64,000 nt of DNA from Takakia lepidozioides (lineage: Eukaryota; Plantae; Bryophyta): positions 10,292,001 through 10,356,000 of the forward strand of contig CM060733.1 in the NCBI GenBank assembly GCA_030704615.1. The letters are read 5' to 3'. Below are positions 12,081 to 22,985 of the stretch, one piece after another. Both the position numbers and the translations under genes were made by a program. A model generated the notes under the pieces. That model searched no databases and had not been told where the DNA came from. It was given only the letters and a program-made list of their open reading frames with translations. Each line of letters begins with the position of its first letter. The stretch's first letter is position 1.

Positions 12081-15002
12081 CGCGCCCAGAAAGAAGTGGA
12101 GTGTATTCCCGCGGATTGGCACCCTTTACCGCAGAAACAAGCTGGATTGACATAATAAAAGGCATTGAATAAATGATGGATGAATGTACAGTTGGATGAT
12201 AAACAGATGGATGAGTGTGAAAAATGAATGTAGATGGATGAATGAGGGATGGATAAGAGTAAAATGGATGAATGTATAATGGATGTTGAGCAATGACAAA
12301 AATTCATGACAGGAAGATGCATGACCAAAACTTTTGACAAATGCACAACGTATATGAAATGAGTGTGGAAGGTTTGTGGGGTGGATTAAAGAGTACAGAG
12401 GATGAATGTACAATGGATGTTGAACAAAGGAAAACATTCATGAATGGAGCACGCATGAATACACTGTAGATGAATGCACAATGGATATCAGAAGAGTGAG
12501 GGAGGTTTGTGAGATGGATTCATACATATTGCAATTTAAATGAAAGTTGATTCTGTGATTATTATTTGTTCTAAAGGAACAACTACGGTGGAGGAAGGGG
12601 ATTCAACGTTTTCCAGATAGTATGAAAATGAATATTAAGAGAATATAGTTCAGTCTGACTCAGAGTCAGTACAATGTATCCCCGCTTCCTCTGCATCTAA
12701 GTCTAAGTATTTTAGAACACCGGATCCACGCTGGATACACCTACGGCTGGGCAGTAAAAAGTCAGGGGATAGGGACTCGGCCGCGTGAAGTGCCATTGCT
12801 TCGACATAAACAGGAAGCAGAAAATTGGAAAGGGGGCTGTCGAAAACAGACTCGCCAGAAATGACTGTATCTCCTGAAGATCCACCGCTGCCTTTCCTAA
12901 AAGACAACCTGAAAAAGTTATTACTGTAACTTTGATGTTATTGAGAAATTGAGTATGGCTCCCAAAGAGGGTTTAACACTTACTCACATGAAAAGTCGTT
13001 GTTGACCTGCTTATCTTCGGGATCGTCATCACTTCGAATTTGAATCCGATTAGTCTGTGTGCCTGAAGTGGAGCCAGACAAAAGGGGGAGGAGCACTGTG
13101 TTGTAGAGGTCAGAATCACCCTCCATGCCAAAAAGGCTTCTTCCGCCTGCCTTGCATGCATGGTAAGTTGCTCCTGCACCACACAGGAGGACATGAACAG
13201 TTTGGTGGGGGGGATTTAAGCAGATGAAACTGTTGAAAGAAAACCAATTCGGAAGGGAAAGAACGAACATGTGGACACAGAAAGATCGACTACCCGTGCA
13301 GAGTGGTGGCTGCATGACTCCAGCAGTATTTGCATGAACGCTGGGGACTTTTCCTTTGCACCTCTCCAGGGGTGTCATCTGGTCTCTTCAGAGTCTGACT
13401 GGACTGCATGAAGTTGTACAAAATGTCATCGACATGGGGCTCATAGGGGGGGTTGACGAAACAACCCTGGTCAAAAATCTCAAAGCTGCAGATGGAGGAT
13501 GGTGTCATGGAGATGCGAATCCTGCGCAGGCAGATCGCCTCGAACATCCTCGTCTGCCAAAGATAGCAGGTTAGTGTGGTAAACACAATCTATAGTGGAA
13601 GTGTGTACATCGGCTATTCAGAACTCAGACACAAAAAAATCATTTTTATCACGAATCGGTGATGATCGGTGTCGATCATAACAGATTCTACTAGAGTGGA
13701 GCTGCAGAGAACATTGAAACTCATCATGAAAGCACAAGCAGAAGGGAGACGGCATACCAGCTGACCAGGGAAACCCCCTTTCACAAGGTAGAGGCTGTTC
13801 ACACAATTCCATGTGCGCAAAACTTCAAACCCTGAAGACTTGAGATATGATGCCAATGCCCGACGACTATCATTGTCACATGTCTGAAAAAGCAGAAGTG
13901 TCCCTACATCAGAGAGGAAGTTATTACAGAACCCGAACACCCAACTCCAGTAGTTGTCCTCGAATTTGTTCCAGCCTGACGTCTTGCCCTTTGGAAGAAC
14001 TTCTGGCACAGCCTGGCCATCCGGGATGTCGAGAATGACAATGTCGGCCGCATATGTTTTCTGCACACCGCACACGAAGGTGGGACCTCTGCTCACCTGC
14101 AACAGACATGTTTTTTTATAAGAATGATGGCAAGAATGTTTTCAAAGAACGAGACTGAAATACTGCCAACGAAACTTTCAGAGAAAAAGGAAAGAAACTG
14201 GAATTCTCACCAGATTGAGGAATGAGATTATATTGTCCCAGGTAGGCGAAGGCACTCCAGTATATCCTCTCTTTCGACTCTACATCATCGACAGCCAACC
14301 CTCATTAACAATTTTCATCTCTCCTGCCGAATCAGAACGGGAAGGGTGTGGCTTGGCATCGAACACGCACTGAACAGTGCGGGTATATCTTCCAGCAGTA
14401 AAGTCCTGCCCACTCTCCATCTCCTTTTCTTTCTCCTTCCCCTTGTCATTTTCCTTCTCTTTGGACTTGTCTTTGTCCTTTGGCTTTGCTGGTGAGATGG
14501 CTATGACATCAACAGCCTTGTCTTTTGGTTTGCGGCCCGCCTTCTTTCCCTTCTGCGGCGTTCCCTGAGCATCAGGCTCATTGGCAGCCAATGTTGCTAT
14601 GTTTCGTTGGTACTCTTCGTCAGTCAAAGGCGCCAGCATCTCAGCGTTATTGTTCAAGTATTCCATATGCTGTTCTTGAAAGGTCGTGCGCTCCGGTGGG
14701 CAGTCAAGGTACCACCCACAGTCTCTGATGTGAGAAGGACTCCAGTCCTTCAATATCCCTGCAGTATACATGGTTGGATCGTTTGCAGGGTCCGACCACA
14801 TGTCAAGATAGTCTGGAATTCCTCAGGTGATTTCCTTCCATAAGCACATATTTCGTGTACCTGAAAAAAATGAGATAAATCCCAATCCACCAAAGCGCTC
14901 AGTGAGTAAGATGCAAGTAGAACATAATGAAAAAAACATAGAATGAAATGGCGCTGAGAACTGCTCCAAAGACCTTTCAGGACCACACGACTGCTCCAGA
15001 TG

Positions 15003-15747
15003 TGAATGTCGTCAACGCCATTCAAAACATTCCATTCAATGATACTGTAAATACACCCTAATCCACGTGAATGCAAACTATCGTTTTGGAATGACACAGA
15101 CATAGAAGTGAATGTCGTCAACGATATTCACTTTGGATTTGTGAATACACTCCTAATCAAGCCTAATTATTCCTCAAATGAAGCAAAATCAAAGGATGGA
15201 AATCATAAACTCGAGTAAGGAACCCTCCCGGAAAACTCAATGCACATTCATAACGAACATATCACTGAGGACCTCACAACAACACTGTATGTGAATGATA
15301 TCAACGCCATTCACAAAAATACCAACAAGGAACCAATTACTTAGCTCCCAATCCATGTAAATTCAAATTGTCGCTGGTGAATAATACAGACACAGAAGTG
15401 AATGTCGTCAACGACATTCACTTTGGATTTCTCTTAACACAGCTTATCAAGCCTCCAGATTCCTCGCAAGAGGCAAAAACAATGCAGAACAACTGAATGT
15501 CTGCATTGACATTCAGCAAAATGAAGTGAGGAACCCTCACTGTAAACTCTATGGACATTACAAAAATTTACATAACTCTGAGGACCTCTCAACAACTCCG
15601 GATGTGAATGTCGTCAACGTCATTCAAGGACATTATCAATTCTAATCAGGGACATTATAATTACACCCTTAGATCCTAATCAGGTGAATTCATATACTCG
15701 CTTAAGAATGACTCAGACAAAGAAGTGAATGTCGTCAACGACATTCA
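15003..15747. repeat. Intronic array of six 22-bp palindromes TGAATGTCGT-CA-ACGACATTCA within three ~300-bp degenerate units
   Basis: Copies start at 15003, 15109, 15292, 15399 (perfect), 15605 and 15726 (perfect). Confidence 0.92.
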
Positions 15748-17619
15748 ATCTGGATCTATGATTGCAATCCTTCTGAAGCCACATTTTTTCCCAAAAAAGC
15801 AGTAGAGTTTCCAGTATGACATTGCACCTGTACACAACTCGCATCATGGCCCACTCTCCTCCAACCTAACTGTCAAAGTCGTTGGACCGTAAAATGTTAC
15901 CATCTTTGGAGAACTCCCGGAAAAAACAGTATCTCCAGGTGAGACCTCTCCACTTCCTTATGTATGCCTCCAATGACATTTGGGGAGGGGAAACAATCGA
16001 AATGTTCAGGTCCTTCAAAGTCTGATCCAGCACAATGACGACGCGCTTTTCGAGCTGCAAATTGTATATTTGTCAGAATTGCAAATAAGATACTCATCAC
16101 ATACTTGAAGAGAAGAAAACGGCATATTTGAATACACACCTGACTCCAAAATGTAGCCTTGTGGAGCCAGTTATCAAACACCAAATCACTAATTCCTTCC
16201 ACCTTTGTGCCAGGCTGTATGGTGCTCTTTGGGAACTGATTCAAGTCCTTTACTGTTTGATCTGAGTTCCATATCTCCAGCCACCTTATTTTTGTTTGTG
16301 GGTCGACCATCGATATGGCCAGCCGGTGCAATTTCTCTGCTGCATCTCCGATGCACATGCTTGTCATAGTGTGTTTTGATCTGCTGAAGGAACTCAGAAC
16401 CAAGTCCAGGATCTACTATTCTAAGCTGCTTTCCGAAGGCGGACATCAATTTGGTTCTTCGCATTTCAAACTCCTTCTTTATTGCAGCTTCCACACCCTT
16501 TGATGTCCTTAGTTCCTCTGGTGTAGTGCGGTAATATTCGGATTTTCCCTTCTCAGCTGCCTCTGCCAGTTCTTGCTGCATTGATTCAAGTAGTGATTAG
16601 CACCGAAGGGACTACAAACATGTATTCGAAAAGTAAACTGAGTACAGACTCGGGCTTACCGCATACATGTACTCCAGAAACGCCTCTCGTGTCAAAGAAT
16701 ACCAAGTGCCTGCAGCTCTTCCTGTTTCGCACTTCTTGATTATATTGGGTGGGAGTACTGTCCGAAAATCATCCAGCTTCATCAGACCAATCCTCTGAAT
16801 TCGGAATAGTGTGTGGACCAAGCTTGTTGTCACATGCGATTTCTCTGTCGATCTGCAAAAACATTGGAAACATTGCATTCCTTAACACTGTTTTTTGGGG
16901 ATTAATAAGACACTACAGAGGGAATGAAATCTCCTGGATGACTTACTTGTTCACGTCGTGCATAGCTGTAAGAAGCCTAGCGATGTCGTTTCCAGGATCC
17001 AAAACCATTGCCTCCACAACAACATGCTTGTCTTTGTCTTTCGCATGGTGTTTCTGAATGTATCCCATCCATGCCAGCAATCGGTGGTTGCCGTCCCAGA
17101 CGTAGAACATGTGGTTGCAGAATTGCTGGGTGTTCTTTCCCATCATGAGGCCCAGCTCGAACTCCTCATTGGCATCTTTCCAGCACTCATCCCAGTTATC
17201 ACTGATCTCTGGAGACACTAATGTGCTTTTTCCCATTTATATCCGTCAGTGACACATAAAAAACTTGTGCACCAAGTCTATATCCATGCACAAAATCACT
17301 CTCCAATTTTGTTATGTCATGGGAAAGAGGTGGACGCACAACAGGCATAGATATCATCCGGCACAGAGGGATGTCCAGACGCCCTCCAGATACGAGCATG
17401 TCCCTTATAACCTCCTGAGAGTTTACCTTCTGGAATGACATGAGTTCTTTCACCTTGTCAAGGTAGTGCACTTCAGATTCATCTGCTTCATCTGTATTCT
17501 CTGAGCTTTTTCCGGACTCGTCCCCATCTCCAGATCCTTTCCCCTCTGATCCTGTAGGCTTCGACCTCACAGTTTTCTGCACGATGCCATTCAATTCTGA
17601 CTGAGTAATTTGCAAATAG

Positions 17620-18247
17620 TGAACGGCGGTAACGACCATCACTCTGTCTCCAAGAAACTCACTATGAATGGTGTGAAACAATTCAGCACAATCTACACAA
17701 GCAAAGCTGATCCTGCCGTATTCAAAACAAAAGCGAGAGCGATAGCGAACGGCGTTAACGACAATCACAAAAGATAAGGACCTGCCGGATCGGTGTTGTG
17801 TAATGACATCTATGTGTAAGTGATTGGCGGCAACGACATTCAGTATAGTTTAGGGCGGACAGTAAGTGCAGATTATTCAGATTGACTCCATTGTGATTAC
17901 CGTCGCCAGCATGGGAAGAGGAAGGACTGCAATCAGACAGACTATATGATCTGAACAACGATGATTGACGGTATGCCGACCCTCACTCTCTCTTCAAACA
18001 CATAGGTACATAAATCTCATGAGGAGAATCGAATGGCGTTAACGACGCTCGCAATTCAGTAGACTTCAATCACATGTTCCTGCTAAACAAGGGGAGAGGA
18101 AGGACTGCTTGAAAGGCAATCAGACAGACTGTATGATCTGAACAACAGTGAATGACGGTACCGTCAGTCACCCACTCATTGTGCGGTAAACCCTTAGCAG
18201 AGGAGTAGAAAGCAAATCACCGTTGTGATGGTCGGTAGCGACAATCC
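17620..18247. repeat. Degenerate copies of the same 22-bp palindrome in the first intron of the cargo gene
   Basis: TGAACGGCGGTAACGACCATCA (17620), CGAACGGCGTTAACGACAATCA (17746), TGATTGGCGGCAACGACATTCA (17821), CGAATGGCGTTAACGACGCTCG (18030), TGAATGACGGTACCGTCAGTCA (18149), TGATGGTCGGTAGCGACAATCC (18226). Confidence 0.7.
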
Positions 18248-19469
18248 CTGTCTGGGACATTCCACTCAATCTCTACGCAGATCTTCAACAATGAAATGTA
18301 AGTTAGAGAAAACTTACTGGCGCCTTCTTAGGTTTTGAAATTGGATCCCCTTCTGCAGCTTTCCTCTTCCCTCTCACATCTGCTGGAATTTCTGTCTGCT
18401 CTAGGGTTTCTGGACCTTCTCCCGGTTCGGCGTTCCTCGTGCTTCCACCTCTTTCAGTGTCCCTGCGAGTCATCTCTGCATCCACAGGCTGCGCACTCTT
18501 ATCGCCGACTGTGTCACAGCCGCTGCCTCAGTCTCCGTCTGCTCTTGTGAATCAGTCTCCGCGTTCACCTGCTGCCTTGGCCCTGTGTTCTCCAACAAAC
18601 GACGCCTCGTCATTTGCTCTCTTGCTCTGCGTCTCTCTCTAAGGGAAGTAAAATAAAGAGACTTTCTTCTCTTTCGTATTGTAGAAGGAACCCTCTCCAG
18701 CTTGACTACCACTCTCTCTCTAAGCGCGAAAAGTAGAAAAACGCAGTGACTCCCGATTTCTTGCGGGATTGCCTGCGTTGTTGCTTGTCTCTAGAAGCAT
18801 CGGATTCCCTCTCGCGTGACCGTTACACATAGTCGTTCCCTTATTAGTGCACATGCCAGCAATTGGTGTACAGCTGTTCGTATTCAGTTATGGATGTCTG
18901 ACGTGTGTCGCCCAAAATAAACGGCGTGTTCTTTATTAGAACGGTTTCAATATTTAAAAATAACAGCGAATCCCAGAAATCTTGGCGCACAGTCTTACAC
19001 AAAAAAATGTAAATGAACGAGAGTTTGATGACAAATTTTGGAATATCATACACGGTCATCCTTGTTAGCCAAACCCCACATTCGTTTCACATTTGGAACT
19101 TTCCAGGTGCGCATGATCATTGGTAGTAGTATAAAGATACATTTACTTAATCTGCAATCCCATCCTCAGATCCTGTGGCATGCTTCCAGGAAGTCGGCTT
19201 TGTTATTGGGTTTATTGATGAGGTTCTGATTAACGGTTTAACAGCTGCCGACACTGCTCCTAGGGATACTCTGACCACTGGGCCCACAAGAAAAGTAATT
19301 AAAATGGACGGCTGCATATCTGGAAAGAATAACATAATATGCACAGTCGTTGTCTGAGCTTCCTCCGCCATATTCTCTGCTCATTCTTCAACTGTGTTCT
19401 GGAGACATCAGTAAACCGATTTACACTAGATCTGCGATAGCAAGGTATAAACGTACGCGAGGAAGGAAG

Positions 19470-22400
19470 ATGGCTTCCTCTGAAGCGGAGTTCTTCTCTG
19501 ACGACAAACCAGTGCCGTTCTCCCAGGAAGTCCTTGACAATGGATTTGCAATTGTTCTGGAACATGTCTTGGCTACCCGTTTTCAGCTGCAGAATGGCTC
19601 CATCTTTTTGGAGAAAGAGGTGTACGATCTTAAAGGGAAGTTGTTGAAATACTCTTTCCAAAACCGTGATGAGACGGCTCATATCAGCCAGTGGAGAGTG
19701 CGTCCTGGTCGATACAGAGTACTTGGAGAGCCTCGGCGAAAGTCCCTTGGGTCATATGTGACGCCCGGGACTGCTGCTTCGGTCGTTGAAGACAAGAGGG
19801 AGGTGGTGGTGAAAAAAGAACAGACGTCCTCCACTCCAATCGTTGAGCTTTCGGATTCGTCCGATGATGACATAAGTGAAATTCCAAATCCAGTCCTTCC
19901 TACTGTGGTTGGAGAAGCTGATGAAGAAGAGATTTGTAGTGTCATTCCAAAATTGCGGGCGATGGGAGGAATGGCTGGATTCAAAAGTGAGTTGCGGGGA
20001 ATTGATTGGGAATCTTTGAAGCAGGTGCCTGTGAAGTTCTTGCCGGAGACTTTTGATGGCGATATCCTATTCGAGCTGCCTCCTCCTCCGCGAGTTGGAG
20101 GTGTAACAATCATGATGCATGGAATGGACAAGAAACACGACGGGCACCCGTGGTGCAGAACAAAAACATCCAATATTCAGAATGATGACAAGCTTGTTTT
20201 CAGGAGGACAGTTTGCAATGGACACCTTAGGTGTGATAATTTGAATTGCAGACACTTTCTTCAGTCTGGGGTTCATAATCAAAGCGAATGGGAGGGTCTG
20301 GCGGAAAATCCATTTCAGCCTGGGACTGCCCCTCCACCGGCAAACACTTTCGTCTGCAAATTCTGCAAACTTGTGCCATCCTGCTTGGCGCTCTGCGGAG
20401 CAAGAATGTACTATGTTGTCCACCGTTTGAAAACAATGACAAGAGCTTGTGTGCATTTCGGATTCCATAACCATCCTGTCTCGAAGGGGGATTACAGGGA
20501 GAGTGTTGAGACAGTATCGAGGTTGATTAAACAGGAGTTCGGGAGAAACCCATCCGCAACAACATCTGCAATTGCTCTTGGCGCAAGCAAGTCCTTCTTG
20601 GAAAGCCATATTTTGAGTGAAGGGGATTCTGTGGGGACTAAACTTGACGGTGCAGCATTGGACCTGGTCATGGATCATTTCTCCACTTTAAGTTCACCTA
20701 ACATTCGGCATCAGATCAATGCATTGAGAATGGGCTCTGGGATCAGAGGCTACATAGACAACATTTTGGAATTGAAACGAGTGAGCAAGTACGATTACAT
20801 CCAGGACAATGTATTCCCAGGTCAAGGTGCCATCAAAGTTTTTCTTTTCAAAATGTCGACTGTTGGGGAGGGCAGTGGGGTTAGCCTCGTGAAGCGGATG
20901 CAGAAGACTGGGGACTTGCAGAACTGTTTTCTTATGTTTGATCATGTGAAACGAGTGAAGGATTGGACGACAATGGCTTGTCATGTCTACGATCCAGTGT
21001 ACCAACGAGTTATGACAATTGCAGTTTGTGACATGCAATCCGAGGATACGGAATCCCAGAAGCTCATGTGGAATTCCCTGATACGTGTCATGGGCTGCCA
21101 TGGGCTGCCATCTCCAAATTTCGCAGGTTTCATGGCGGATAGTGCTCAAGCAAATTTCAATGCTGTTCGTATTGTCTTCGGATCGGGCGACCCAAAAGTG
21201 CCTATGCCAGGAAGAGAGCGTACATGTCTATTCCATTGGACACAATCTCTGGAAAAACATACAAAGTCGGACATCAAACCAGAGATGCAGACTCAGCACC
21301 GTAAATTGTGCAAAGAGTACAAAGATGCTAGAACAATGAAGGAGGCGGACACTTTGTTCCAGACAATTCGTGCCTGGTGGTTCTCTTCTGGAGCTGCATC
21401 ACTTGAGAGTATGAGAGCATTGGAAGATTGGCTGGCGTTTTGGCACTTCCGGTATAGACAGTGGGGAGCAGCCATGCCATTGGTACGAGGCTTATATTTA
21501 TTGCTTTATTCATACATTTGCTTTCCATTTTATTGTGTCCTCGCTTTCTTTATGTTGTTTTCTGTTCACTGTTTTGAAGTGTGGTTCTGCACTTTGCAGA
21601 ACATGTCCATTGAGGAAATGGCGGACATGCCATCTTGCAATTTGGCAGAAACTGTGCACAACGCATGGTTGCAGCAGTCTGGGAAACGAGGTCGGGATTT
21701 GTATGTGGCAACAACAGATGATTTGATACGTGCCTTGCAACAACAAACCCGATACCGTGATTTCTTACGAGGTGGGTTTGGTGGCAAGGGTCCGGACAAA
21801 TGGGAGTTGATGTTGCGTGCTGCAAACAGATCTGGGGATCCAATCAAGATAGCACGGGCGGTGAGCATGTATGCCCAGGGAACGCCACTTGTTTCTAGAG
21901 TTCCACATCTTGAAGGGGAGGAGAGATTCGGCTCCTGTAAGAGGAAATTGAACACTCCACCTGGTTCGGATTCAGATTCCCACAGGGCAGACCGTGATAA
22001 CTTCTCGAAGCCTCGTGTTCCCCTGCATGACAGCTCCATGTCCGGAACCTCCATTGTGGAGGAACCTCCAACACGACGGCAAGCTCCAGCATCAAACAGT
22101 GCCACTGAAATGGTGCAGGAGAGAAACAACCCCCTTGATGTGCTTGAGTCCGCATGCCCCGACCACGTTTGGCACATAGAACGCACAAGTGTAGGGTCTC
22201 GTGTGAAATGTACAGCGATCAGGGCAACTAATTTCGAGAAGTGCACTTCATCTATATCCAGAGGTGGTGCCCGAACTCCTGCTCCGACTTTCACGGGCTT
22301 GATGCGTCCATACGGTCAACCAGAAGCCAAGAACCACAAGTTCTGGTTCTGCGCAGATGATTGTGCCAGATGTGTGCATGGAACTGTGCGTCCTTCCGTA

Positions 22401-22985
22401 GTGATGAAGCCATCTCCTCCAACCGTTTGGCCCGTGAAGGTGGGAACACATCTCAGCTTTCAGGAGATTGAAATGCTGGAGGAGGCAGGTTTTTCCCTTG
22501 CGAGACAACCCCAACTCCATGCATGTGCTACTACTTCTGCGTCCTCCCGGGTCCCCCCGGCAAATCCTGACTTGTGGCCAACCAAACGAGATGGAAAGCT
22601 CGTTCGGCGTTTCCCTCCAACCGCTGAACACTTTGGCAAAGTGGAGTCCGCAAGAATGCTCCAAGCTCGTGTTGGAAGCACCACGGAAGTACCCGATCCA
22701 GGATATGGTCGGGTATTCACAATCATCACTTCCACATCTGCTGTTCATGACAGGACCTACGACATCACGGTTTCCAATTTCCCCAATTGCACATGTCCTG
22801 ATTTTGTGAATATGCTATCAACCAGTTTGGGCAAGAGAGGTAAATTCATACCCTGCAAACATTTGTATTTCATATTTTTGAAGAGGATGGTTTGCGATCC
22901 CAAACGTGACAACTTCATTCACCAGGCCACTATGAGTTTCAACGAGGTCGATACTCTTTTGCAGCGGGATACAACACATGGGTAG
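19470..22985 (+). CDS. Mutator-family transposase with N-terminal GCM/WRKY-like Zn domain and C-terminal SWIM finger; one probable 117-bp intron (21483-21599)
   Basis: Stop-free ORF from ATG 19470. DGHPW...TSN...CNGHLRC...CKFC...C.AR.YYV...HFGFHNHP is GCM-like. MULE triad and signature: FLMFDH, FMADSAQA, CLFH, NLAETVH. SWIM: CTCPDF...PCKHLYFI. The T-rich in-frame segment is bounded by GT...TTTGCAG. Confidence 0.88.
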   Translation: MASSEAEFFSDDKPVPFSQEVLDNGFAIVLEHVLATRFQLQNGSIFLEKEVYDLKGKLLKYSFQNRDETAHISQWRVRPGRYRVLGEPRRKSLGSYVTPGTAASVVEDKREVVVKKEQTSSTPIVELSDSSDDDISEIPNPVLPTVVGEADEEEICSVIPKLRAMGGMAGFKSELRGIDWESLKQVPVKFLPETFDGDILFELPPPPRVGGVTIMMHGMDKKHDGHPWCRTKTSNIQNDDKLVFRRTVCNGHLRCDNLNCRHFLQSGVHNQSEWEGLAENPFQPGTAPPPANTFVCKFCKLVPSCLALCGARMYYVVHRLKTMTRACVHFGFHNHPVSKGDYRESVETVSRLIKQEFGRNPSATTSAIALGASKSFLESHILSEGDSVGTKLDGAALDLVMDHFSTLSSPNIRHQINALRMGSGIRGYIDNILELKRVSKYDYIQDNVFPGQGAIKVFLFKMSTVGEGSGVSLVKRMQKTGDLQNCFLMFDHVKRVKDWTTMACHVYDPVYQRVMTIAVCDMQSEDTESQKLMWNSLIRVMGCHGLPSPNFAGFMADSAQANFNAVRIVFGSGDPKVPMPGRERTCLFHWTQSLEKHTKSDIKPEMQTQHRKLCKEYKDARTMKEADTLFQTIRAWWFSSGAASLESMRALEDWLAFWHFRYRQWGAAMPLVRGLYLLLYSYICFPFYCVLAFFMLFSVHCFEVWFCTLQNMSIEEMADMPSCNLAETVHNAWLQQSGKRGRDLYVATTDDLIRALQQQTRYRDFLRGGFGGKGPDKWELMLRAANRSGDPIKIARAVSMYAQGTPLVSRVPHLEGEERFGSCKRKLNTPPGSDSDSHRADRDNFSKPRVPLHDSSMSGTSIVEEPPTRRQAPASNSATEMVQERNNPLDVLESACPDHVWHIERTSVGSRVKCTAIRATNFEKCTSSISRGGARTPAPTFTGLMRPYGQPEAKNHKFWFCADDCARCVHGTVRPSVVMKPSPPTVWPVKVGTHLSFQEIEMLEEAGFSLARQPQLHACATTSASSRVPPANPDLWPTKRDGKLVRRFPPTAEHFGKVESARMLQARVGSTTEVPDPGYGRVFTIITSTSAVHDRTYDITVSNFPNCTCPDFVNMLSTSLGKRGKFIPCKHLYFIFLKRMVCDPKRDNFIHQATMSFNEVDTLLQRDTTHG

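Larger units (their letters stand above)
12650..18613 (-). pseudogene. Spliced ParB-like domain + beta-class N4/N6 DNA methyltransferase-fold gene (transposon cargo), frame-disrupted in this copy
   Basis: About 11 exons with GT-AG ends. ParB/Srx-like VVRP...FYV...VWDGNHRLLAW (DGNHR at 17081-17095). Motif IV-VI-like AADIVILDIPDG...WNKFEDNYWSWVFGFCNNFLSDVGTLLLF (DIPD at 14019-14030). Motif X/I/II-like PWRGAKEKSPAFMQILLESCSHHSARVVDLSVST/xATYHACKAGGRSLFGMEGD (~13370-13115). Acidic last exon 12908-12650. Several frameshifts (e.g. ~18480, ~17230, ~16360, ~14295, ~13370). Confidence 0.75.

Noticed and set aside
15003-15747. CRISPR array (palindromic repeats with spacers)
   Set aside because: The spacers are 84-184 bp, unequal, and alternate spacers are homologous to each other. 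The array lies in a eukaryotic intron and there are no cas genes.
360-18613. Functional coupling of ALKBH1 (reported demethylase family) with the nearby methyltransferase-like gene
   Set aside because: ALKBH1 is a conserved host gene outside the TSD-bounded element, with another gene in between. Proximity is most simply chance.
19350-19469. N-terminal extension of the 1211-aa ORF
   Set aside because: It starts at TTG; the first ATG, at 19470, is the plausible eukaryotic start.
21483-21599. Hydrophobic 'transmembrane' segment in the transposase ORF
   Set aside because: It is a T-rich 117-bp GT...AG segment, best explained as an in-frame intron.
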